Part shown: one piece after another, positions 7,471 to 15,339 of the stretch
Numbering within the stretch: position 1 is the stretch's first letter
Layout: every line of letters begins with the position of its first letter
Assembly (NCBI RefSeq): GCF_051873555.1
Contig: NZ_JBJEEY010000157.1
Location: 3,566-27,565, forward strand
DNA length: 24,000 nt
DNA from: Floccifex sp.
GTDB taxonomy: Bacteria; Bacillota_I; Bacilli_A; Erysipelotrichales; Erysipelotrichaceae
Reading direction: 5' to 3'
Position numbers and translations under genes: made by a program
Notes under the pieces: generated by a model
Told to the model about the DNA's origin: nothing
Seen by the model: the letters and a program-made list of their open reading frames with translations, nothing else
Database searches by the model: none

Positions 7471-7474
7471 TTAT

Positions 7475-8014
7475 ATGAATTCTGTACAAACTATTAAAGA
7501 AAGCAGTAAAGAACTAAAAAGCGTCTCTTCTCTAACCGGAACTGCTTTACTCATGGCCTTAAAAGCCGTTATCGCTCAATTTACCATTGCCGTATCCAAT
7601 GTACTTGAAATTGGATTTTCATCTGTTGTTACCGGTGTATGTGGCCTCTATTATGGACCCGTATTAAGTGGAATTGCCGGCATCTTAGCCGATACCATTG
7701 AATACATCTTACGACCATCCGGACCATATTTTCCAGGCTTTGCCCTCAATGAATTTGTAGCTGGATTTTTATTTGGATGTTTTTTCTACAAACAAAAAGA
7801 AATCAGCTGGAAACGCATTTTATGTGCACAACTATCTGTAACATGCATCAATAATTTAATTCTAACTCCCCTTTGGCTAAGCATGTTATACGGAAATACA
7901 TTCTATGCTTTATGGATTGGAAGAATTGGTATTCAAATTATTCGCTTTCCTATTGATTTCTGTTTATTATTTATAGTAATCAAAACCGTATCAAGAGTTC
8001 GTCCAAGACACTAG
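7475..8014 (+). CDS. folT: Folate-family ECF transporter S component
   Basis: 179-aa polytopic membrane protein. The pattern LTGTALLMALKAVIAQF...GLYYGPVLSGIAGILADTIEYIL..YFPGFALNEFVAGFLFG is typical of FolT-type ECF-S components. It is preceded by a THF riboswitch and SD GGAGG (7461-7465). Confidence 0.85.
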   Translation: MNSVQTIKESSKELKSVSSLTGTALLMALKAVIAQFTIAVSNVLEIGFSSVVTGVCGLYYGPVLSGIAGILADTIEYILRPSGPYFPGFALNEFVAGFLFGCFFYKQKEISWKRILCAQLSVTCINNLILTPLWLSMLYGNTFYALWIGRIGIQIIRFPIDFCLLFIVIKTVSRVRPRH

Positions 8015-8028
8015 ACGAACTCTTTTTT
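7993..8028 (+). terminator. Intrinsic terminator of folT built from the overlapping 3' ends of two convergent genes
   Basis: AGAGTTCGTC (7994-8003), 10-nt loop containing both stop codons, GACGAACTCT (8014-8023), then a T-run to 8028. There is no U-tract for the minus strand. Confidence 0.65.
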
Positions 8029-9693
8029 AATTGTTTCAATCATTTGCTGCTCAGCTCTTTCTAAATTCGTTCCTTGTATATAACCAAAAGGAACATGAGA
8101 TGCTTGACAAGCATTTACACCTTGATAATAACTCGAATGACTCAAGAAATCGAAAAGAAAAAAAACAATATCCGCATTTTCAATCACATCAAAAGACACT
8201 CGTTTTCTTCCATCTATACAAAAAATATTATTATATTTTGACATAAGCTTTCTTTGAAGCGTTGAATGCCCTCCAACAATCACAATTGAATCAACAGAAC
8301 CAATCCAATCTTTCGATAAATCTTGCATTTGATTTTCTTCTTGACTAACCTGAAAAACAAATTGACGTAAATGATTCAATTCATCTTTTTCTTCATTTGT
8401 TAAAGAATTTGATTCTACATTTTCTATATTTTGATTTTTCAAAGCATAATTTTCTTTTTTTAATTCTCTATTTTTCTGATTCAAAAATTGAATTTGTCTT
8501 TTTAATTCCTTAACTGAATCCACTTCTCTAACAACTACTTCTTCTTTATTTTCTATTACTTCTTGTTTATTCTCTACAATTTTTATTTCTTGAATTTGCC
8601 CATCATACCAATCTCTATAAGAATCCACTTCACGAATCCATCTATAATGCAAATTCAATGCAATGACAATTTCTGCCTGTTCCTTTAAACTTTTTTTCTT
8701 CCATTCATTTTTTTTATATCCAATATTTATATTAAATTCAATTTCCTCTCTATTATTTTGAATCTGCTGACACAAAGAAAACATCGAATTCAAATAACAA
8801 TCTCTATTTTTTTCACTATCAATGGCAATATGAAAAATCTTTAAACTCTCCCATTCTTCATCTGATTCTTCAATATATTTTATAATGGCATCCATATTAA
8901 CATACGATCCATTTTTAAAATAGAGAGAAGCCCTGTAATCTTGATTTTCTTCTCTTTCTATATCTAACATTTTTTCTAAAATAAAAGAAAAATAACAAGA
9001 ATATAAAGAAATGGTAAGCGGTTCTAACAAACACATAAGAAGAAAAACATGAATCGCAATGCGATGATCGACTTTAGTAAAAGAATCAAACTTATCTCTT
9101 TTCCACACTTTTTCCATGAATCTAGATAAAGTTTTCAATCCTATTATTTTATAATTTTTTACACCTAATAATTCAGACAATTCTTTTTCACATTCTTTTA
9201 TAAATTGTTTTCGAATCAAAGAATCTTGAAATACAACTTTTAAAAGAGCTTTTTGACGCATTGTATAGTAACAATCCATTGGCGTATAACCATGCGTCCA
9301 TCCTATTTCTATTATTTCATCATTTATGCTTTCCAATACATCTTTTACTTTTACATTTTCATACAATTCTTTTTTATAAAATCCAAATCGATCAAAATAA
9401 AAACAAAACTGATCATGATATTTCATAATCAAATCTTCAGAAATTCGTTTTTCATCCACTAAACAAAAAACATTATAAATTATCAATAAATCCAGCATAG
9501 AATCTGGTTTTCCGATCACTTCATAATCCTCTTTAAGCTTTTCATTCAAACGCCAAAAAAGAATTCTACGCATTGTCTGATTTTCATCTTCAATGTCAAA
9601 CCAGTCTCTATACATTTTATCTTGTTGTTTATTCAATTGAATTGAACACTTCAACTCATTTGTGATTTTTTCAAAAAAAGTATCAATTTTCAT
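8011..9693 (-). CDS. Hypothetical 560-aa protein: unknown N-terminal ~400 aa, coiled-coil segment, C-terminal DUF2325-like domain
   Basis: Track ORF trimmed to the ATG at 9693, which forms an ATGA overlap with the folC stop (9690-9692) and has SD GGAGAG upstream. The C-terminus IVIVGGHSTLQRKL...IENADIVFFLFDFLSHSSYYQGV fits my memory of the DUF2325 pattern (ivGG...aDlVv..td.vsHs). KELKRQIQFLNQKNRELKKENYALKNQ looks like a coiled coil. Confidence 0.8.
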   Translation of the reverse strand: MKIDTFFEKITNELKCSIQLNKQQDKMYRDWFDIEDENQTMRRILFWRLNEKLKEDYEVIGKPDSMLDLLIIYNVFCLVDEKRISEDLIMKYHDQFCFYFDRFGFYKKELYENVKVKDVLESINDEIIEIGWTHGYTPMDCYYTMRQKALLKVVFQDSLIRKQFIKECEKELSELLGVKNYKIIGLKTLSRFMEKVWKRDKFDSFTKVDHRIAIHVFLLMCLLEPLTISLYSCYFSFILEKMLDIEREENQDYRASLYFKNGSYVNMDAIIKYIEESDEEWESLKIFHIAIDSEKNRDCYLNSMFSLCQQIQNNREEIEFNINIGYKKNEWKKKSLKEQAEIVIALNLHYRWIREVDSYRDWYDGQIQEIKIVENKQEVIENKEEVVVREVDSVKELKRQIQFLNQKNRELKKENYALKNQNIENVESNSLTNEEKDELNHLRQFVFQVSQEENQMQDLSKDWIGSVDSIVIVGGHSTLQRKLMSKYNNIFCIDGRKRVSFDVIENADIVFFLFDFLSHSSYYQGVNACQASHVPFGYIQGTNLERAEQQMIETIKKEFV

Positions 9694-10901
9694 AGTCTCT
9701 CCATAATAAATTTTCGAACACGAGAAATAAAATAAAGCGATCCACAAATTAATAAAGAATCTCTATTTTTTTGAATAAAATCTTCATAATTTGAAATCAA
9801 AGACACATTATGATTTAAAAAACACTGTGCATTGGCTTTTCGAATATGCTCAAATTCACATACAAAAATCGAATTTGAAATCTTTTCTAATTCTGTTAAC
9901 ATAGCATCATATGGCTTATCTTTTAAAGCACTAAATAAAATTTTTAAATTGGGAATATTCTGACAAGAATAAACTACTTCTTTGATTCCTTCTACATTAT
10001 GTGCTCCATCTAAAATAATAAAAGGATCCCTTGATACAATTTCAAATCGTCCTTTCCAATGAAAATGAGATAAACCATTTCGAATATCCATTTCATCAAA
10101 AGTTAAAACACGATTTTCTTTTAACCATTCCAATGCCTGAATTGCCAAAGAAAGATTTTGAATTTGATACAAAGCAAGCGTCGGTACTTGAATATCATGA
10201 TAAGAAAGTACATTCAAATGAAGACAAGAATCCACAAATCCATTTCCTTCTTGTGCTAAACGAAAAATACTTTGTTTAAACTGACAAACACTTTTAAAAA
10301 CATCTAAACACTCTTGTTTTCTTTCTCCAGTCATCAACATAGAATGATTCTTAACAATGCCTGCTTTCTTTAAAGCAATTTCTTCATAACTATTTCCTAA
10401 ATAATCACAGTGATCTAAGCCAATATTGGTGATTATTGATAAAATCGAATCAATCACATTGGTCGCATCATCGATTCCACCCATACCAACTTCATAAATC
10501 GCAAAATCCACTTTCTTTTCTAAAAAATATAAAAACGAAACAAAGACATCGGCTTCAAAACTCGACAATCCATAGTCTTTCCATTCTTCAAAATATGCAT
10601 CTATATACGTTTCATATTTTTCTTTTGAAATGCGTTTTCCATTGATTCGAATGGAATCAAAATCCGATTCCATACAAGGAGAAGAATACACTCCAATCCG
10701 ATAACCAGCTTCCATAAGAATTTGTTCCATGGCATAGCTTGTTGACCCTTTTCCATTGGTTCCCGTTACATGAATACACTTTAGTCGTTTCTGAAAATTA
10801 TGTTTGTCATCCATATATTGTCTAAACGCATTCAAAGAAATGGAATCCAATCCAAAGACATGACCTTTTTGCAGAAAATCCATTGCTTGTTTATAATCCA
10901 T
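9690..10901 (-). CDS. folC: Folylpolyglutamate synthase / dihydrofolate synthase
   Basis: 403 aa. Mur-ligase P-loop VTGTNGKGST and a FolC-like overall layout (...ITNIGLDHCDYLG..., ...ILDGAHN...). There is no SD; see the leaderless finding. Confidence 0.9.
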   Translation of the reverse strand: MDYKQAMDFLQKGHVFGLDSISLNAFRQYMDDKHNFQKRLKCIHVTGTNGKGSTSYAMEQILMEAGYRIGVYSSPCMESDFDSIRINGKRISKEKYETYIDAYFEEWKDYGLSSFEADVFVSFLYFLEKKVDFAIYEVGMGGIDDATNVIDSILSIITNIGLDHCDYLGNSYEEIALKKAGIVKNHSMLMTGERKQECLDVFKSVCQFKQSIFRLAQEGNGFVDSCLHLNVLSYHDIQVPTLALYQIQNLSLAIQALEWLKENRVLTFDEMDIRNGLSHFHWKGRFEIVSRDPFIILDGAHNVEGIKEVVYSCQNIPNLKILFSALKDKPYDAMLTELEKISNSIFVCEFEHIRKANAQCFLNHNVSLISNYEDFIQKNRDSLLICGSLYFISRVRKFIMERL

Positions 10902-10946
10902 GGCAATAGTATATCACTTTCCATCAAAATAAGGTAAAATAGAAAT

Positions 10947-11468
10947 ATGAATTATGGAAATATAAAATACTATGACATCGCCAATGGACAAGGCGTACGA
11001 ACAACTTTATTTGTATCAGGCTGTACTAATCACTGTCTTGATTGTTTTCAACCCGAAACATGGGACTTTAATTATGGTCAACCTTTCACAAAAGAAGTAG
11101 AACAACAAATTTTAGATTCATTAAAACCAGATTATATTCAGGGATTTACTGCTTTAGGAGGCGAACCCTTTGAATTTTCAAACCAAAGAGAATTGGTTTC
11201 TTTGTTCAAACACATAAAAGAAGTTTATCCAAACAAAACAATCTGGTGTTATACAGGATTTATTTTAGATCAAGATTTACTGGAAGGAGGAAAAAGACAT
11301 TGTGAAGTGACAGATGAAATGTTGTCTTATATTGATGTCCTGGTTGATGGACCATTCCAAAAAGATTTATACAATATTTCACTAGCTTTTCGAGGTTCAG
11401 AAAATCAAAGAGTGATTGACTTAAAAGAATCTCTTAAGCAACAAGACATTGTTTTATATTTGAAATGA
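10947..11468 (+). CDS. nrdG: Anaerobic ribonucleotide reductase activating protein (radical SAM)
   Basis: 173 aa. NGQGVRTTLFVSGCTNHCLDCFQPETW contains the CxxxCxxC cluster motif in the NrdG-typical context. Confidence 0.92.
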   Translation: MNYGNIKYYDIANGQGVRTTLFVSGCTNHCLDCFQPETWDFNYGQPFTKEVEQQILDSLKPDYIQGFTALGGEPFEFSNQRELVSLFKHIKEVYPNKTIWCYTGFILDQDLLEGGKRHCEVTDEMLSYIDVLVDGPFQKDLYNISLAFRGSENQRVIDLKESLKQQDIVLYLK

Positions 11469-11929
11469 ATAAAGATTTTAATAAAATGATGCAAGATTCA
11501 AAAGACATGCCTAAAATCCAGATCATTACAGATTCTAAAACCATTGAAAAATACGGAGGAAATCAAATGGCTTTAGCCCCTTGTATCGAATATGACCATA
11601 TTATGAAACAAATTCCATTTGGAAAAGTAATCACAACAAAAGACATTCGAAACTATCTTGCGAAAAAATATAATGCCGATTTCTGCGATCCCATGACCGC
11701 TGGCATCTTTATTTCCATTGTGGCCTGGGCTAGTTTTCAAAGAAAAGAAGATAAAACACCATATTGGCGTACACTAAAAACAAATGGCGAACTAAATCCA
11801 AAATATCCTGGTGGTATTGAAAAACAGAAAATGGACCTGGAAAATGAAGGACATATTATTGTTCAAAAAGGAAAAACAAATATTCGTTATTTTGTCAAAG
11901 ATTATCAAGACGTATTATTCATAAAATAA
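11465..11929 (+). CDS. MGMT-family / alkyltransferase-like (Atl-type) DNA-binding protein without the active-site Cys
   Basis: 154 aa. Its ATG overlaps the nrdG TGA (ATGA at 11465-11468). IPFGKVITTKDIRNYLA...TPYWRTLKTNGEL...QKMDLENEGHIIV parallels the MGMT DNA-binding-domain pattern (iP.GkV.tY.diA...PwHRVv...G.l). YWR replaces PCHR, so no acceptor Cys is present. Confidence 0.6.
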   Translation: MNKDFNKMMQDSKDMPKIQIITDSKTIEKYGGNQMALAPCIEYDHIMKQIPFGKVITTKDIRNYLAKKYNADFCDPMTAGIFISIVAWASFQRKEDKTPYWRTLKTNGELNPKYPGGIEKQKMDLENEGHIIVQKGKTNIRYFVKDYQDVLFIK

Positions 11930-11949
11930 GCACCTTTGCGGTGCTTATT
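11925..11949. terminator. Hairpin between the convergent Atl-like gene and cutC (probable shared terminator)
   Basis: 10-bp stem AATAAGCACC (11925-11934) / GGTGCTTATT (11940-11949) with loop TTTGC. The flanking T-richness is modest, so efficiency is uncertain. Confidence 0.5.
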
Positions 11950-12679
11950 CTGTTTCTACTAATTTTTCAACTAATTCTTGTTTGACAACATCAAATTGAT
12001 TGGTATTTCCAATATAGCTATACGAAACAAAGGCATTAAAAGTTGTTGGATCGACTTTATATCCTTTGCAAGACGAATGAACTTGTGTAACCTTAGTCAT
12101 TTCCTTCATTTCCTGAATATTTTGATCATTCATACCCGATCCCACTAAAATTTCAATTTGATGACCATACTTTGCCTGTAAATCACGAATCAATTCCATT
12201 CCATCCATAGCCTTCGATTTTTGTCCACTTGTTAAAATGCGATCACATTTTAATTGAATCAAAGTTTCAATAGCTTCATATGGATTTCTTGTCACATCAA
12301 ATGCACGATGAAAAACTGCTTCTTTTCCATATTGATGAATCAAATCAATCATTTGTTTTGTAGCCTGTATTTGAATGGTTCCATCTTCATTTAAAAAACC
12401 AAACGCAATTCCATCAGCTCCATTTTCTAAAAACAATTTCGCATCTTCCATCATAATTTGACAATCCCATGTATCGTAACAAAAACCAGCCCCACGAGGT
12501 CGAACCATGCAAATTACTTTTAAGTTTGTATCTTTTTTTACACGTATTAGAGTAGCTAAAGAAGGTGTCAATCCTCCAACACTTAAAGCGCTATTCAATT
12601 CCACTCTTTTGGCTCCGCCTTTATAAGCAGCCATACAATCTTGATACGATCCCGTACATATTTCAATCACAAACTCCAC
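11945..12679 (-). CDS. cutC: CutC-family (copper homeostasis protein CutC-like) TIM-barrel protein
   Basis: 244 aa. VIEICTGSYQDCMAAYKGGAKRVELNSALSVGGLTPS matches the CutC N-terminal pattern. It starts with GTG (12679 or 12670) and overlaps the end of the M20 gene. Confidence 0.85.
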   Translation of the reverse strand: MEFVIEICTGSYQDCMAAYKGGAKRVELNSALSVGGLTPSLATLIRVKKDTNLKVICMVRPRGAGFCYDTWDCQIMMEDAKLFLENGADGIAFGFLNEDGTIQIQATKQMIDLIHQYGKEAVFHRAFDVTRNPYEAIETLIQLKCDRILTSGQKSKAMDGMELIRDLQAKYGHQIEILVGSGMNDQNIQEMKEMTKVTQVHSSCKGYKVDPTTFNAFVSYSYIGNTNQFDVVKQELVEKLVETE

Positions 12680-13781
12680 CTACTCTCAATATACTTAATG
12701 CATAAATTTTCGCATTTAATATTAAATCCTTGCGATCCATCCACTCATTTGGATTGTGTCCAATTCCTTTTTGACCTGGAAAACTTGGACCAAATGGAAC
12801 AATATTTGGCATACATTTCGCATATGTTCCTCCTGTTGTTGTAACCGGTGTTCCATCCAATCCTGTTACTTTTTCATATGTTTCTTTTAAAGTCTGACAC
12901 AAAAATCCTTTTTTATCAAATCGAACCGGATTATAGTTTTGTATGCAGCGAATAGATAAAGGAAATTGACATTTCTTTTGAATTCTTTGATAAATTTCTT
13001 CATTAGATATACAAGCCGGATAGCTTAAAGTAAATTCAAAACAAAGTTCATTATCTTTGATTTTACTTTTTTTATTTCTAAGCTGCATTTTACCAAATTC
13101 AGGATCCTCTATGTCCAATCCCAATTTATTGGCATATTCATTACTGGACAAAATATATTCATTCACAAATTCATTAAATTCATTTGTATATTGTCTATCA
13201 CAATACACCTGATAGATGGCTCTTCCTCTTTCTGCATAGACAACTGGATATTTACAATCCGGTGTCCATCCCATAATTGGTGGTTTTCTAACTTCTAAAT
13301 AATGATGAAGATCTTGAAAGCCTGTTTCTTCATTGGTTCCAAATAAAATATAAACTGGATGCTTTAATTGAATGTTACATTCCTTAATTGCATAAAGAGC
13401 ATATAAATTGGCTAAGATAGGGCCTTTATTATCTAATATTCCACGAGCATAGATTCTTCCATTTTCGTCTTCGTAACAAGAAAAAGGATCGTGATTCCAT
13501 CCATCACCGACTTCAACTACATCTAAATGTCCCATAATACCAATATAATCATCGCCTGTTCCATATTTCGCGATTCCAACAACATGGTCAACATTTTCTG
13601 TTTCAAATCCTAGATTTTTAGCCAAAGAAAGCGTTGCATTCAAACAATCATCGATATCTTTTCCAAAAGGATAGTCTTTGCTACCTTTTGTTTGAACGCT
13701 TTTCATTCTCGTAATAGATTTAATGCCTTCAATCATTTCATCCGCAATTTCATCAATTTTTTGCAGAACCCTTTCTTCCAT
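12663..13781 (-). CDS. M20-family metallopeptidase (PepV/Sapep-like dipeptidase)
   Basis: 372 aa. Metal-binding and catalytic motifs GHLDVVEVGDGW and RGILDNKGP, plus TNEETG. It is shorter than the canonical PepV. Confidence 0.85.
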   Translation of the reverse strand: MEERVLQKIDEIADEMIEGIKSITRMKSVQTKGSKDYPFGKDIDDCLNATLSLAKNLGFETENVDHVVGIAKYGTGDDYIGIMGHLDVVEVGDGWNHDPFSCYEDENGRIYARGILDNKGPILANLYALYAIKECNIQLKHPVYILFGTNEETGFQDLHHYLEVRKPPIMGWTPDCKYPVVYAERGRAIYQVYCDRQYTNEFNEFVNEYILSSNEYANKLGLDIEDPEFGKMQLRNKKSKIKDNELCFEFTLSYPACISNEEIYQRIQKKCQFPLSIRCIQNYNPVRFDKKGFLCQTLKETYEKVTGLDGTPVTTTGGTYAKCMPNIVPFGPSFPGQKGIGHNPNEWMDRKDLILNAKIYALSILRVGGVCD

Positions 13782-13787
13782 ACGATC

Positions 13788-14750
13788 CTACTTTCTAATC
13801 AATGGAGCCGTTCGACTAGCCATATATTGATCCATCCATTCCTTGCTTGCCTGTTCAAAATATTGTTTTCCATTTTCATCAAACTTAACAAGATAGACGG
13901 TTGGTTTTTCTTTTTCCGTAGCCACTGCAAAAGAGAACCCTTCAATATTGGTTGCACATCCCCATTCTCCTTTGTTGTTCATCGCAATTAATGACATATC
14001 CCCGGCTTTTCCACGACGTTCTTTTAGTTCTAAATCAAATTCCTTCACAGCTTTTTCACAAGCCAGTTGTGGATGCATTCCTTCTTTCATTAATCGAACA
14101 ATTTCATAGGAAACACATCCCTTCATAACGTCTTCTCCTAAACCAGTTGCACTAGCGCCTCCTACTTTTGAATCCACATAGAAACCAGAACCCGATACTG
14201 GAGAATCTCCCACACGTCCAGGGTGTTTCATAAACAATCCACTTGTACTTGTCGCACTTGTCATGGATCCAAATGAATCCAGACAAACCATTCCCACTGT
14301 GTCATGACCAGAATACGGTTTTAATTCTGTATCTTTACTTGTTTCCACAACACGATTGTGATAATGAATTTGTGCTCTTTCTGTTAACATGTTTTTTCGT
14401 TGAAATCCATGTCGATGTGCAAATTTTTCAGCGCCTTGTCCCACTAAAAAATTATTGACAGGATACGTCGATAGTTTTCGGGCAATGGAAACTGGATTGG
14501 CAAAATCTTTAATAGCTCCAACACATCCTACATCCAATGTATCTCCATCCATAAAAGCAGCATCTAGTTCAACTTCCATTTCTTCATTTGGCAATCCACC
14601 ATAGCCTACGCTTTTATAAAATTCAAAGTCTTCTACAGCTTTAATAGCTGTTTCAATGGCGTCTTTGGCATTTGACTGATTGGCAAGCATTTTATCAGCT
14701 TCACTGATTCCTTCTAATGCCATTCTCCATGTTGCGATAATTCCATACAT
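13788..14750 (-). CDS. N4-(beta-N-acetylglucosaminyl)-L-asparaginase-like Ntn hydrolase (glycosylasparaginase; asparaginase_2 family)
   Basis: Track ORF trimmed to the ATG at 14750, which has SD AAGGAG 8 nt upstream. The autoprocessing/nucleophile motif SGHDTVGMVCLD is the HDT type seen in glycosylasparaginases, not the GT type of plant-type or isoaspartyl enzymes. Downstream it has GDSPVSGSGFYVD...GASATGLGEDVMK. Confidence 0.82.
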   Translation of the reverse strand: MYGIIATWRMALEGISEADKMLANQSNAKDAIETAIKAVEDFEFYKSVGYGGLPNEEMEVELDAAFMDGDTLDVGCVGAIKDFANPVSIARKLSTYPVNNFLVGQGAEKFAHRHGFQRKNMLTERAQIHYHNRVVETSKDTELKPYSGHDTVGMVCLDSFGSMTSATSTSGLFMKHPGRVGDSPVSGSGFYVDSKVGGASATGLGEDVMKGCVSYEIVRLMKEGMHPQLACEKAVKEFDLELKERRGKAGDMSLIAMNNKGEWGCATNIEGFSFAVATEKEKPTVYLVKFDENGKQYFEQASKEWMDQYMASRTAPLIRK

Positions 14751-14771
14751 ATTTTTTACTCCTTTATAAAT

Positions 14772-14798
14772 AAAGAAGAAGGCCATGCCTTCTTCTTT
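14772..14798 (-). terminator. Intra-operon hairpin (partial terminator/attenuator or processing site) between the GrdB-like gene and the glycosylasparaginase gene
   Basis: 12-bp stem AAAGAAGAAGGC (14772-14783) / GCCTTCTTCTTT (14787-14798) with loop CAT. On the minus-strand RNA it starts at the stop codon and is followed by UAUUUAUAAAGGAG, which is U-rich and then the next SD. Confidence 0.5.
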
Positions 14799-15325
14799 TA
14801 ATGAAAGCAAACTTCTTCTTTCAGTTTACTTGTATCTTTCTTTTCAACCAGTGCCTTAGCAACTTTACACATATTATTTAAAGCCTCGTTCAATCCTGTT
14901 CCACCTTTTTTCGGTGTTTTTACTATACAGATTTTATCTTTAAATTGCCCAATAACTTCTTCATTTTCCTTTGACATAGCAGCTAAAGCAGGAATCGATG
15001 TTTTTTCATGAATGTTATAAGCAACATGAGCTGCCATATTCGCATAATCAGCATAATTGAAACAAGGCCCACACATCACAACATCTGGTTTTAATTTTTG
15101 AATCATAGCTGTTAATTTGCGAATGACTTCTTCTTTATTTTCATTGTAATATCCATTTCCACAATATAAACAAGCTACAACCTTTGCATCGATTTTCTTT
15201 AAAAATTGTCCCATCATTATAGCTGGACCAACAGGTTCCTTTTTTGCGCCTAGTGGAACCATTTTATCGTCTTTTGTTCCTTCACCTGATTGAATCTGAT
15301 CATAAATCATTATTACTTTTAACAT
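14798..15325 (-). CDS. GrdB-related protein: homolog of the N-terminal domain of glycine/sarcosine/betaine reductase component B, with no Sec-containing part
   Basis: 175 aa with SD GAGGAT. By-eye similarity to the GrdB N-terminus as I remember it: LYCGNGYYNENKEEVIRKLTAMIQKLKPDVVMCGPCFNYADYANMAAHVA vs VICGDSYFGENMDEAKAKILEMVKGYEPDLFIAGPAFNAGRYGTACGTIA. Confidence 0.65.
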   Translation of the reverse strand: MLKVIMIYDQIQSGEGTKDDKMVPLGAKKEPVGPAIMMGQFLKKIDAKVVACLYCGNGYYNENKEEVIRKLTAMIQKLKPDVVMCGPCFNYADYANMAAHVAYNIHEKTSIPALAAMSKENEEVIGQFKDKICIVKTPKKGGTGLNEALNNMCKVAKALVEKKDTSKLKEEVCFH

Positions 15326-15339
15326 ATAATATCCTCATC

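Noticed and set aside
8540-8590. Short near-tandem repeat encoding ENKQEV-I-ENKEEV in the orphan protein
   Set aside because: It has only two imperfect units within a low-complexity Glu/Lys/Asn-rich region. It is not a meaningful repeat array.
8031-10645. Plus-strand ORFs 8031-8246, 9253-9462, 10031-10279 and 10436-10645, and the 18-codon N-terminal extension of ORF 8011-9747
   Set aside because: The ORFs are antisense artefacts inside the orphan gene and folC. The extension overlaps the folC 3' end, while the ATG at 9693 has an SD and an ATGA coupling.
12641-14810. ORFs 12641-12844 (+), 13692-13991 (+) and 14243-14458 (+), and the 20-codon extension of ORF 13788-14810
   Set aside because: The ORFs are antisense to the cutC, M20 and asparaginase genes. 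The extension would cover the hairpin and the stop of the upstream gene, and the ATG at 14750 has SD AAGGAG.
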